Source: Hydrurus foetidus (taxonomy: Eukaryota). From it: a stretch of 64,000 nt of DNA. Below, in pieces: positions 14,301 through 29,725 of the stretch (positions within the stretch are counted from its first letter, which is position 1; each line of letters begins with the position of its first letter). Both the position numbers and the translations under genes were made by a program. The notes beneath the pieces are model-generated. The model made no database searches. It had not been told where the DNA came from and saw nothing but the letters and a program-made list of their open reading frames with translations. The DNA is taken from contig UYFQ01000218.1 of the NCBI GenBank assembly GCA_900617105.1, forward strand, positions 124,001 through 188,000. Reading direction: 5' to 3'.

Positions 14301-14790
14301 ATTTACAACTATTTGACGAAGTGTTGAGTACGTCGGAAAGGAGCGATTGCATTCCACTCAGTTTCTCAGATTCCTCCGCGACGATCTCACTGTGCCCTAG
14401 ATTGATGGCTGTGGTTAGATCACTTGTTGTCTCAATGATTGCGTCATGTAAGCTGTCGATTGAGTCGAATCCCCAAGGTCCAAGTAATGCCGCGACGGAA
14501 TCTGTAGAAAGTGCTGGTCACAGCGTCGGAGTTGGACGGGAAATTACGATGGCTCGTGAAATAAAATGAGGAATAGTATTGTACACATCATCTGTTATGT
14601 ACTCACATTCGATGTCCCTTCGTAATTTCTCTCGCTTCTCCAATTTTATCACAAGTTGTGGAATGAGTCGGACGTGATTCGCATTCCTTGCATTGTCCAG
14701 TTTCAAACGAATCATGGATAAATCTCTCTCAAGATCTTCCACGGACGCCAGCCCCTGAGGCAACAGGAGAGCCGCAACGTCAGCGTTCAT
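5372..14790 (-). CDS. Giant ~2,950-aa protein: N-terminal repeats + AIG1/Toc34-like TRAFAC GTPase + helical region + SecA-like SF2 ATPase (7 exons predicted)
   Basis: ORFs 14518-14790, 9846-14141 and 5372-9826 join in frame through GT-AG introns: 14606-14514, 14241-14142, 12821-12717, 11158-11078, 9938(or 9962)-9830 and 7209-7138. GTPase motifs are GSTGAGKST, SET, DTAG and NK. SecA-type motifs are QPHSGQI, EIGTGEGKS, YSEYLTNRD, VDEVD, GVSGT, FGRGTDF, GGVHVI and ERQIKGRTARQGNQGS. Confidence 0.8.
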
Positions 14791-15331
14791 GCCTCACAAT
14801 GGGATTTCAGCCAAGGAATCGCTTTGTCAGTGGCTAAAGGGAGCAGAGGGCTGTAGCTTGTAATTCCGAATTCTGCGATGCACGATGCTACAGCTGCAGG
14901 TACTATGACGTTCAAGTTGACTTTGAATCTAATCCCTCCTGATCCAGCTGGGAATGTTCTTTTTGTTTATTATGACCATCATTTGATAACTAGCACTTGA
15001 TAACTAGCAACTTGTAACTTGTCATGTTGCCCTGCGACTGGATGATCGAGACTGCACCAAAATGAAGAGTAATAGTTCTACAATGTATTTACAAATAATA
15101 CTAATGACTGGGGATAAATGTTGAAGATATGATTCAACACAATTTGTTGTGTCCTAGTAGAACAATGTAATATGTAATGTATATCAGTCAGGCAGTCGCC
15201 ATCACAGCCGTAGGATATTTAAGGAAATAAGTTACTCGTTTGATATTCACATCGTATGGAGTGTTGCACGGTGTATCATACCGCGAGATTGACGGCATAT
15301 AGTTTACGGTATACGGTATATAGTTTACGGT

Positions 15332-18300
15332 CTACAGAGTCAGCAACTCGCTAACGGGCATTCGGATGGACGCTGTCAGCATCGGGCTAGCGCTGAGAAT
15401 TATACAATAAATAAGATAATGAGGGCAACTGAAAGTGAGATTACGTAATAGAATAGAGTGATATGAACGAAATAAAATAAAGTGACGACGTAAAAATATA
15501 ATAATAGAGATAAGGTGACGCAATAGCGATGGTTGCTGTGCAAATGGTGCATTGGCAAACGATTGATTACGTGGATACCCTAATCCGTAATGATACAGCG
15601 TCTCTATCATTTTCTGCATCGATTATGGTCAATACATCATCTAAATTGCTAAGATGCACGCGACTGCACTGAACAATACCACCAGTATGTCATAGTGATG
15701 CTACATAGAAAGGCAAGACTGCATGCGAATTGACAAACTGATAGAACTAAATACGGTAACATGATTTCTCTCGATGAAATTATGCTGATATGACCGTTTT
15801 GCATGCGACTGCATCTGGTAATCACGTTATTGGCTACCTCTACCAAACTGCTCGAGAGATTATCACACACATTTATCAGAAATACAAGAAGAGAAATTAA
15901 TCAGACAGACTGGTAGGAGACGTAAATCAGACAGATTGGTCAGACAGGTCAATCAAAAAGGTTCAGCACACACACTATAAATCGAAGAGGTGAATCTCAC
16001 ACTATAAAAAGAGAGGTCACCTGTCGGTGGAGGGGGAGTACAGGAGAAGCAGGATCTGGCCGGCTCTCCCCTCCGGATCAACGCTCAGCACCTCCGCTTC
16101 GAAGAGATGCTTTGGTCCCTAAGGAAATAGAAAAAATGGATGAATGAGGCGTGTGTGCTAAACTGAACAATCGGGGTCAATAGCACAACACAAGAAATCA
16201 AAGTAAAACATGACAAAGTTGAACAAAAAGAAAAATCCTGAACCGAACTCGATAGAAAGGAATGAAGATTAATGTACACGAAAAGTAGTGTGGTGCTACG
16301 TACAGGTAGTAGCAGCGGTACAGCCAGGCTCTGCTTTGAGTTCAAGCTGTGTCCCATGACGTACAGATCAGGATCAAAGGAAAACAACAACCTCGCCTAC
16401 AGTAGAAGTAAATGAGTAGAAATTGTGAGTGTAGAAGTAGAGGAGATGAGATGAAGGTAGGGGAGGGCTCATTAGGGAAAAAGGATTGTACAGGTAGAGG
16501 ACATGTATGGGGAAGAGAGATACGAGAAGGGATGTGAGGGTAAGGGATAGGAGGGAAGGGAGGTACAAGGAGGAACATGTATGCAATAGCAAGAATGATA
16601 AAGAAAAGAGTGAGATTTATAATGAGGTAGGTGAGAGTGTTGCATTGAGAAGGTGGAAGGGAAGGGTAGGAGAAACGATGTGGAGTAAGGTGGATGAAAG
16701 GGAGACGATGAAATAAGAGATGAGGATATGGGGTGAGAGGGTGAGGAGGAAGATGATGATGAAGAGGAAAGAGGAGAGTGGAAAGATAGAGGAGACAGAA
16801 TTCATCTAGTAGCACCCTCACAAACTATCTTAAATCTGTCAAACTATACGGCTTCGAGCACTTCAAATATCACTTAAACAGATATTATGATATATTTTTC
16901 TTACCTGTATAACAGGTTGGGATCCACCGTTTTGAAGCGATATCTTTAAAACGAATTTCGGACCCAAGCTGTACAATAATAATGGGAAAATGGGAAATTG
17001 ATGCATATAACTATAGACGGTAGACAGTGTGAAATTAAATTTTGCGATTCCAGGTTATTTTACCATATAAAGGAATGAGAATTTTGAAACGAATTACACC
17101 GTATCATATCTAATCTTATCTAATTGTATTTCTCTTTACCCCAGCACTTGTACTTGCACTCTCACATCTTGAGGACCCGATCCGATAGGAGAGACCCCCT
17201 GTGCGGATGAACAAAGTGAAGAAATAAGAAACAAGAAATAAGGGGATAAGATGAGAGTGAAATAAAGGGAGTAAGATGAAATGAAAAAGGGTGATATGAA
17301 GTGCTGAGACACAATGTTCAATCGCTAGAAGAGAGAGGAATGTTTTTAATGATAACTAGAATGTATGTACTGCACTGTACTGTGCTATACTGTTCTGTTC
17401 TGTACTTTATTGTACGACCCGTATCTGTCCGTACGTTCAATTCTAGAGGCTACGGTCATAGGCGGTCATTCTGTCTGTTGTTCTGTTCCGTTGCAGTGAT
17501 GTACGTGGAGGGTGTCCCGATGGAACGTGCGTACGCACTGATGGTGTCGGTGTGCGACTTGGAACAGGATGGTGGCACTCAATACAATAATACACAAATA
17601 TTGAAGTGGATGAAAGAAATGACGTATGATACGCTTGCTATTATTACTATGTAATACTGGATAGATTCAGCAATTAAACACTTCAAAAATCTGATAATGA
17701 AAGCGTATAATGAAAGACACGGCATAGTATAGTAACATTCGATACTGTGTAATACACAACACAACACAACACAACACAACACAACACAACACAACACAAC
17801 ACAACACAACACAACACGACACGACACGCACGTACCATCTGTCCGTCAGTAAGTGTCTTCACGTACGCACGAGATGTTTCTAAGCGCATCTTGCAGAGGT
17901 CTCTTTGGAAGGCTCGATGGATCTCGGGGGCATGTTCTCTCTCCCTCTGGGTCTGGGGGGAAGGAGGGAGAGGGAAGGAGGGAGGGGGAAGGAGGGAGGG
18001 GAGAGGATTGAGGGGAGAAAGAGAAGAAAAAAGAAGATGAGAGAAGATTAAGAATGGAAATGAGGTGGAATTAAGAGGGACAGCAGTAGATGGTTAGGTT
18101 AGAGTGGAGAGGAGATAAGTATAGACGATTGAAATCTTTTGTGGTAGTAGCTATGAAATGAAGTAGGTCGGAAAATAAAGTGCAGTCAATTATGTTACAG
18201 TGGACGAAGGCAAATCTGTTCAAAAGATTGCGATAATAAATGGTTGAAAACAAATCAAAATAGTGCCTTAAATAAAATTAGATGCTCTTTCCATATAATA

Positions 18301-21300
18301 CCTGCTCCACATAGAGTTTTGTTTTCTTAGGAATCTGAAGGGGTACATCTTGTTCCGGAGGGGGTCCAGAATTCGGAATCATGGCGTCTACATCAGCAGA
18401 ACGTTTCCATATTTTTATCGACAAAGATCCCTAAGGGTACATTTTTGAAAGATTTGTAATAGTTAGGTATTTGGTGGCTTTTTTTTGTATTTACGTAGTA
18501 TTGAAATTTATTTTGGTTTACGATGTGAATTTCAGTACAATGGGTAGATTCTGCATTCTTCCACACTACTTGAAATCCATGACCGCTTTCGCATTCTTTC
18601 ACACAATAATCAGTCCCTTCTTCTCACTCAAGAATCACGGATTTACCCACGCTTGCTCGCTGAACTCTCGGAAATATTCTCTTACACACACACACACTAC
18701 TTACACACACACACACTGCTTACACACACATCAGCCCCGCACATGCAAATCTCACTTACATGGCCGTGCACACACACTAGTGTGCTTTCTTCTCTTCCAT
18801 ACGATCCGAAGCGAAGCGCCTTGATGGGTTTCTCTAGATTGAAAGTGTACACTAGTGACCCCTCTTTGTACATTCTCATCTCCCCTGATGGATTGAGAGG
18901 AGAGGAGAGGAGAGGAGATGACAGGAGAGGAGGAGATCGTGTGGGTGGGTGTAATGTGGTAGATCTGAGTAAATTTGGTAGCGTTGATCAATATTTGTTT
19001 TACTTTATTTTCATTTATTACCGTCACAAAGTGCCACTAGAAGCAAGTGACCGATTTTGCTTTTTTTAACCGGAATAATGCACATTTCCGTTATTTCTGT
19101 CGGGACCACAATTGATCGCATTTTCTTCCCTCTTACTGTTGGTTAAAAAAAAATTAAAAATGATAAAGAACAGAGAGGGAAGGAATAAAATAGGAGAGAA
19201 AAGGGGGAAAAGGAGTGAGGCAAAAATAAGGAAAGAGAAGAATAGTGGAGTAGAAAAGAGAGTGAAAGGAAGAAAGGATAGAGAGAATACGACATGAGAA
19301 GAGAAGAGCGGAAACGCGGAATGTAAACAGTAGTCTCTATTGTATAGGCCAAAGAGTTTGGTGTAGCAGGGTATGTCACGTGGCCGACCAATCAAGATGG
19401 TTCACTTTTTCTCCTCTCCTTCTTTGCATTACATTCCTTCGCTTCACCCCCCCTCCCCTCCTCTTCCATCCATCCCATTATTTGCCTCTCTGTTATCTGT
19501 CTTTTCTGTTTTCTGTTTTTCGCACCTGTGTAGCAGGACACCATTTTGTCCATAGTCGCCACCCACAGCAGTTTGTCTTGTCTAACAAGGGCCACAGCTT
19601 GAGCACCCAGATCCAAACTGTCCCCTGGGGGAATAGAAGGAAGTGGAAAGATGAAATAATGTGAGAGAAAGTGAGACGATATGAGGTGAAGTGAGAATGG
19701 AGAAGGGTAGAGGAAAGGGGGAAAGGTCAAGTGAAGTGAGAGGAGAAGTAGAAGTAAAAACAAGAGTAATATCAATATTGGTGGCCGAGCCCTGAATCAT
19801 TCCAGTAATCGTTTCTCACTTTTATGCGATATGGTACACTTTTGTGATTCTCAGTGGTTGGGTGTGATTGTTACACTATTCGATCTAAATGTAATTAGTG
19901 TTGCATTCATCGACATGACAGGAGCAGGGTCCAAAGTCCGCTCACTTACTAACCGATCAGAACAGCGCTGCCTCTTACGTCACCATTCCTAACGTTGTAC
20001 AATTTCCCGTCACGGCATGTTACGGAAATACGCCTAAATCGGTGAATTTATAAGTCTTAGTTATGCAATACACCGATTTTTTAAGTTTACGAATTCTCTT
20101 ATTCTGTGTATGTGTTTTGTGCCGATGAAAGCTCTCAAAATAGGGAAGATTGATTCTTGGCATTTCTACTCAGCAAGCAGACAAGACTACTTCTCTTCAT
20201 TCTCTCTGCGATTCCGGATACCGTGCCGCCGAACCCCTGCACCTTTTCCCCTTCCCTCCTCTCTCCTCTCCTCTCTCTTCCGTAGTAGTTACGTTTCAAT
20301 TGTACACTGTTACTCGTTATTTCACTTCACTTCACTTCATGACTGTACACTACTCACCACTCGACATCGAACAGCCCCGAGATGCACAGCAGAACAGGCA
20401 CAGACGGCAGCTGCACACTGCATAAAAAAACGGAATTGCTCGGATCCTACGGGAAGTACGGTAAAATTAATTCGTGTACAATGAGTGGAAAGTGTCTCGG
20501 TGTAGGGTACCGGATACAGGGTAAAGATTATGACGGTTACGGTATAAATATCATGATTTACCTGCGGTAGTATTAGAATTTGACCTGCTTCAGTTCCTTT
20601 CAGAAGAAATGGAGGAGAAAGATAAGAAAGGAAACAGAGAAAAAGGAATATAATGAAGAAAAAAAACAGAATAAGAGAAAATTAGAAAATAAGAAAATGG
20701 GAAGACAAATCAGGCGAGTAATAGCAAGCAGCGAAATAAAAAAAATCGCGGTCATACAACATGATCTGATGCAAATAATGTGAACTCACTGGATATAAAA
20801 TGAAATCGAACCTATGACCAAGGAACAATAACAAATGACATAATCGAAAATTCGACTGCGATTAAAACTTTGTAACTGATGCAAATGATATCACTCTATC
20901 AAGATTTCTGTACATAAAAGTGAAATCGAACCTATAACCAATAGAGTGAGAGCATCTGCGTCTTCGGAATCTTTCTTCAGCGTGTCCATTGTGGTGATCA
21001 GAGTTAATTGCTGGTAAGGCACATTCTTCATGTCTCTTATAAAGTTTATCCGGGCCGCTGTATCAGAGTCAAAAGATAGCAATTCTGGAAGAAAATAGAG
21101 GGGAATTAAAAGAAATGTGGGGGGAAATAGAGGGAAAATAGAGGAAATATGGGGGATTTAGGAGGATATAAAGGGAGGTATGAAGAGAATGAAGAACCGA
21201 CATTGATAAAAATTATTGCTACTGCAGCATGGACAGATAAATTAGATGTATAAATTTTGCATATTCTCAATTATCCGTAACATTACAATGCGAAACATTA

Positions 21301-22729
21301 CAAGACAATGCAATTAAGAATAATTTGAAGCATCCTGCGATTACCAAAGTCTTATAAACAAATTCAATTAAAAAAAAATATCTGCCTATATCAAAGTATC
21401 AAAACAGCAGTCACATCAACATTTCATAACGAGACGTAAATCTAAATAATGTCAAAAGCAGAGTACACACCGGTTGATAAGGCGGAAAGCTGTACGCCGC
21501 TGTCCCTCGCGTCATTCAGCATCTTAACGGCTGATTTATCATCTAATGTGTCTGTATGTGCATATACATATGCACGTACGCACGTACGTACGTACACGTA
21601 GAATACAGAATTGTAAGAAGGAGACGAGGGAGGATTCTGTATGGGAGTATGTGCGAATAGGTTAATGGCACTTGTTCAATTGTTAAACAATAATTATGAG
21701 GGCTATTCATCATTCGGTATCGCACTTCCTATCCAAATATCTTACTTTAACAGACGCAAAGAAAAAGAAGAAAGAAGTTGCTATCAATGTGGGTAGACTG
21801 TTCACCGCAGCACGTACCGGATCTCAAGGCTTTCCACACGTCACTCTCTGCCGCAGCAATCTCAATAGAGGGACAGGACCATTTCCTATATGGCCGTAAT
21901 TGACGGTAAATGAAGACGTAGGGTCCAGCAGCCACGGCTATTGAAGGCACTCTCGGCTAGATAATTAAAAAAAGATGAGAAATTACAATCGTGTGGTGAA
22001 TTCTGACTACTCTGATAATCAAGAAGGGATCATAACTGATAAATTGATGAATTGATAAATTATGCAGTGATAAGAATATCTTCTGAACTCTTCTGCAGCT
22101 ATTCTTCAAATTGTTCTGATCTGATTCCGATTCCGATCCTGATTCCTAAGAAGCTCTAACATACTCACTTACCGATGACAGCTCTGTGTAAACAGCACAC
22201 ATGGCGACAGGAACATCCAGCAGTGCGTACTCCACAATCAAGCTAGTTCCTAAGAAAAGATAATGCAGTAAAATCTATCAGAATTTTCATATAAAGTTGA
22301 CTTGTATATGGACGAAGAAAATGGCAATTTCGCTTATAACGTGCATGTGTAATGTCGAACTTGTTCATGAGACGTCTGTGTAATCAGTCACGACATATTT
22401 ATGATTTATTTGGAGCAAATTCGTTTAGTTCCTCGCTCACCCTTGTAAACTTTCAGCTTTTTATCGAAATCGCAGATGCATAATTTTGAGTCACCATCTC
22501 CGTTGAGATCTGCAAGCTTTACGCATCCTGTGACCGTTTTTAATCCTGAGAGTGCAAATCAGCAATGTGATATTATCAGAAGCGCTGTTGTCGCGAAGGC
22601 TGATGTTGCAGACGCATCTTCTCAACTACGCTCAGGTGCCGTTAGTTTTCTTTCAAGATTCAAACATTCTGTGTCCTCACCGGCTAGAGGGTCATACCAC
22701 GCATGCAGCCATGGCCCACTATTTGCCAT
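15332..22729 (-). CDS. BBS1: Bardet-Biedl syndrome 1 (BBSome subunit), many short exons
   Basis: Spliced exons read MANSGPWLHAWYDPLA|GLKTVTGCVKLADLNGDGDSKLCICD...KVYKG, PSIAVAAGPYVFIYRQLRPYRKW, LPSVPVLLCISGLFDVEW, LRFGSYGREESTL, IHRAFQRDLCKMRLETSRAYVK and LGPKFVLK, ending PMLTASIRMPVSELLTL*. These are characteristic BBS1 motifs. Confidence 0.93.
17752..17826. repeat. (ACACA)n pentanucleotide microsatellite in a BBS1 intron
   Basis: About 13 perfect ACAAC units followed by ACGAC variants. Confidence 0.9.
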
Positions 22730-23261
22730 TTTCGGGTTGGTTTTCGCGGAATAATCTAATTCATCCATTTCGGCGACTGTGATCGACTTCCAAGTCACTA
22801 ATTACACGATTCTGTCGTGAGAAATGTCATTTTCTCAGGCGGACAAGCGAACTCTCAGCCTCGCTTCCTTGTCCTTTCAGAATTTGCTAATCTAATCAGC
22901 GACAGTTTGAGTTTGATAGAGTCGATGACGTACATTGAAGGAACAGCACTGAAACCGCACATTCAGTACTCAGTCACATAATTCAGTGCCACAATCACAG
23001 AAGTTTCATTTCCGTTCCACTTTTTTACAGAAAAAAAATGTTTGAAAAGTGTAGCCCTCATTTTTTTGAAACCATCATGATGATCCTTTAGTGGGCAACA
23101 CTTTTCAACTCCCAAATTCAAAATCTTCAACCAATTGGTGTACAAGTATCAAGCAACTGGGAGGAAGATGTCAGATATGTAATATCTTGACCGTCGAGCA
23201 TCGTTCTACGGCAGTCTACTTTTGAAGGTCACTTCGAGCCAATTGTCATCGCTCTGGAGAA

Positions 23262-26200
23262 ATGAATATCTACGAATTCACCGCGAAAGCAATCGGTATT
23301 GTGAACAATGTCTTAGCCTCAGTGGTGGTGATATTATGTGTGGTCATCATATTCCTGGGAATCAACGGATCTTACAGCGATGCCGCATTCGGTAATCCAG
23401 TTATACAGTTTCTCATTTTGATGAGTGTGCTGCTTCTCCTCGCATGCAACGAGGGGTTCCAAGTAGGAATCCTCGGTATCGAGCACTTTTGTAATCGAGG
23501 CATTGAGGAGAAGGGTTTCTCAAGAGCAGCACAAATCCATCGACTAATGTTCACCAGTGAGGGCTCGAAACTAAAACAACTGCTGATTGGTCAATCCTTT
23601 TTGGTCGTGCTCAGTAGCTTCATGATTGCAAACATTACCACCTTCTCGAATTACCCCGATATAGAAGGTAGAAGCAGCTGTCATCCGAATTCAAATTACG
23701 TCAATTTTCAGCCAAAAATAACCCTGTAAAAACACTATGCCCTAAAATTTCAAACTCTTGATCTCTAACTTTTCAGGCGTGAATAGTGTGGTGATGGATA
23801 TTTTTGTTCGTTCTGGATTGCCTGGTGCATTTGTCACCATTTGCTGCGCTCAATTGCTACCATCCATGCTGGCAAAAGGTAATCGATGTAAATTATTTGA
23901 TGCCACTTAAGAAATAGTGATGCTGAAAATTGCGCCATAGATACGACTCTTTTGTCTTTCAAATAAACATCAGCTAACTTTTTCCTGCTTGAAATATATG
24001 ATGTGTCTATATCTTCAAATGTAGTTAGGAAATACAAAAAGTATCGTCATTTCTAATCATACAACATAGCGCTACAAAACTCATTTCTAAAACATGAAGA
24101 TCCTACCCAACAACTATTCATTTATTCAGAATATCCACTGGAATTCTTGAACATATTTGGCGTACTTACAGTCGTGCGTTTAGCCCTTCTAATAGAAACG
24201 ATAGGAATTGTTCAATTTGTGCACATTCTAGTACAGATCGTGGACTGTTGTTGGAATACTAAATTTCAGACTTCTTGTCAATGCAGTGTTTTTGAATATT
24301 ATGGAGTTAAAAAAATGGAAACGTCATCAAATCAAAGCATTAGTAAAAATGTAACAAGTGATAAAAATCACTCAAAATTATTACAAAATGATAGTGAGGA
24401 GATTTGGGATTCAACTTTAAATGTTTTACATATGGATAATACACAAATAAGCAATAATGGCAAAAAAACAATATCTGATAATGAGAATAATAACAGTTGT
24501 GGCTTAAATAGTAATACAAATAACAATCAAAGAAACGGTACATGGAAATACGTATGTGATAAAACGAAATATTTTTTTAGTACGTCTCTAGCACTCGGAT
24601 GTTTTGTGTTTGTCATAGCATGCATGTCGGCAGGGTATTCGTCATGCAAAGCTTCAGTAATGACTCAATTCATTCTGGCAATTATCGCGTTATTCGTCGT
24701 GTTCTATTGTGAAGGTATGTGGCTCACTCTTATTTTGTGCATCGCATTTTGTAATCGTTTTTTAGGTTTTTTTTAGACTCGAATAGCAATTCGTCATCAT
24801 ATTTCCTTTTCCTGTCCCTCGTACCCATCATTTTAATATTCATTTTTTATGCAACATCTTCTTCTTGATTCCGCTGTCGTAGGGCTTAAGGTTGCTATAG
24901 TGAGTTCCAGTCACTTGACAAGAGAGTCGAAAGAGTTCTCGGCATATCCCTCGGCTGTCATAGTGCACGAGTTGCTAGCGGAAAGTGAGCAGCAAATTGT
25001 TTCATTTTGTTTTGTGTTGCGTAGCATTTTATTGTTCTGTGTTCAATTTCATTGAATTGAACTGTGCTGCATAATGTTGAGTCGTATGCTATCATATTAA
25101 ATTGTATGTTACATCAAATTGTATTCAACAGTACCGCCTGCACTATACTGTATTGAATTGCACTAAACAGAAGTGCAGTGTGGTTTTATGAAACGATTTT
25201 GTGCACTGTATTCTCCACACTAATTTTGAAATTTTTCATCAATATTCAATTCTATCTTTGACAATCGAAAGACCTTTCATAAGGTTTTCTAAATTTCATT
25301 GAAATCAATCCCACACAGCAATTGAATTCAATTGAAAACACTGCATGAATTTACGTACATTCCTCCTCTATTTCAATATTTATTTTCACTTATTACACCA
25401 GTGTTCCTTCATACTGCTCACCCCCAACTATCATTAATTCTGAACATTAACTACCATCATCAATATTAGAGCCGGATGGAGTGAAAAGATTTCTCCTAGG
25501 AAGACAACTTATAGTAGTACCTCTAGGATTTCTAGTAGCACAAATAACGAATTTTGGCCGATTTCCGGATAATGTATTCCCGCCTGCATTGTATTTCTTT
25601 ACCATTAGTCTCGGTCTACCAGGTACAAATAACTAATTTTAAACATAGACAGTTTTTTGTGGTACAATAAAATCGTTCGTGTCATCAGTTTAATCTAACA
25701 TTTTTATGACACTTAGTGATACTATTTTGCAACGTCATTATTTTTTGCTATTTTTTTCAGTTTTTTTGCATCACTCTCTTTTTAAAATAGGGCAGCTAAT
25801 TCTAGAAGAATTTCAAATTTCAAAGAATTCATTTAGGGCTAATTTTAATTTGTCATTTTTTAATTGAATTTCTCCGCCAATAAATTTTGAATCATGCAAA
25901 GCAAAAACGAAAATCGTGTAATTATTCGTTATCATTTTCTATTTACAGGAATGTTGATATTGCTTCAATGTTCGCAGCTTACCCCTCAGTTGGCTGCTGA
26001 AGCGAATAACTTGAGATTTTTGTCGAAAAAAGGAATGTATACTCTCACATATATTGGTGAGAAACATTAGTTAATAGTTGTTTTTTTTAATGTTATTTAT
26101 TACGTTGTTTAATCATTTTTATTTTGAATAATTTTTTGACTTCATTATTATCGTGAAATATCACTTTTACTTGTAATCACTTTTATCAAGACATTATCGT

Positions 26201-26724
26201 GAATATTGATACATTTTTATATTTCGAATCATGTAAATAACTAAGGTGTAAATCCATTACACTTCAGTATATGAATATTTTCCTGCATCAAATAGCCTCG
26301 CAGAAATAAATAACTTCGATTTATGAAATTCCTCACTTTTCTTACCATCTTTATCTCCTTTTCTTCTGTAGCTCTCTGCATAGAGAAATTGGGTTTGACA
26401 TCATTTTCGTGGATTTTGTATAATATGATAGAAACGCTAGTCTGCAAAAAAATAAAGACGAAAAACAACGATAACACTCCACTAAATTTCATCAAAAATG
26501 ATGATAATAAAGGAGTGATAAATAAAAACAAAAGCAGTCATGATGATGGAAATAAAAATGATGATAATGACGGCAAGAATGCTAATTACACAATTTCAGA
26601 AAAATCTTTTATTATCATCTGTGAAGAAGATAGAGAGGAAACAGAAGAAGAATTCCGTAGTACAGGCACTACGGGAACTGGGGCAAATCCGTATGTTATA
26701 AAAACACCCACATACTCCGTGTAA
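23262..26724 (+). CDS. SIT: Silicon transporter (SIT family), two-repeat ~10-TM type, 7 exons predicted
   Basis: Two homologous hydrophobic halves. First half: NEGFQVGIL...LLIGQSFLVV...GLPGAFVTICCAQLLPSMLA...ALLIETIG. Second half: CEGLKVAIV...FLLGRQLIVV...GLPGMLILLQCSQLTPQLAAE...ALCIEKLG. Exons at about 23262-23667, 23777-23878, 24130-24714, 24883-24984, 25470-25622, 25949-26056 and 26371-26724 splice in frame. Confidence 0.85.
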
Positions 26725-27569
26725 TTGGTAACAAAAATCAATGCTGCAAGCGTACAAGAATAGAAGAAAATAAAATAAAATGCAATGCAATGCAATAAAT
26801 ATCTGAAGAATCGAGGTACAATAGAATACAAAATATAAAATGAAACAGAAAATGGAGTAAAAAAATGCCGTGTAATTCAACACAATGCAATACGATACTG
26901 TACACCAAATCCGGGAACTACTCTCATCCTAAATGAAATACAACACTATCATAATCAACGGGTCATGAGATTCATCTCAGAAAGTCAATATAGCTCGATA
27001 TAATATAAAGCCAAATAATTGAAGATTATCGATATAATTATCGCTGAAAAGTGAGGACAAAAATAAACTAGAGATATCATAATAATTTAATAAGAAATTA
27101 GGACATATATGACTTAATAACTTTCTGTTGTAAATCGCACACAAGCAATAGCAATACAAAAAATACGCTAGCATGTACGATAATATAAAATTTTTCGTAC
27201 TTACTCACTTTTTCATATTAATTTTCACTTCTGTAATAATCGCTTGTATGGTCCCTGTGAATCCCGTACTAAAATATGTAATCTACAAAACATCAAGCAT
27301 ATTTTCTGACAGTGCGATATACTTTAATTAAAAACAATTTACAAAATACGTTGAAAATAGTGGAAAATGAATATTCGTATTCTTACAAAACTGTGAAATA
27401 AGATAGATTTGAAGTTTAACGTAATCCCATAAAACGTGTTTTGTATCTATTAGTAACCGAAAAGTTTTTTTTTATCATTTGATTCGTATTGACGCACAAC
27501 ACAAATAATTCAAGATGCGTTGATAAGCGTGAAGGTGAAGCACATTAATGGTGTTTTGAATAACCGTTT

Positions 27570-29725
<2,156 letters not shown>

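Noticed and set aside
16342..20783. Many hydrophobic or Lys/Arg-rich ORFs within BBS1 and similar regions
   Set aside because: These are translation artefacts of CT/GA-rich introns and microsatellites.
20770..20945. Repeated TGAAATCGAACCTAT(G/A)ACCAA segment
   Set aside because: A short local duplication of a BBS1 splice-donor region with no evidence of function.
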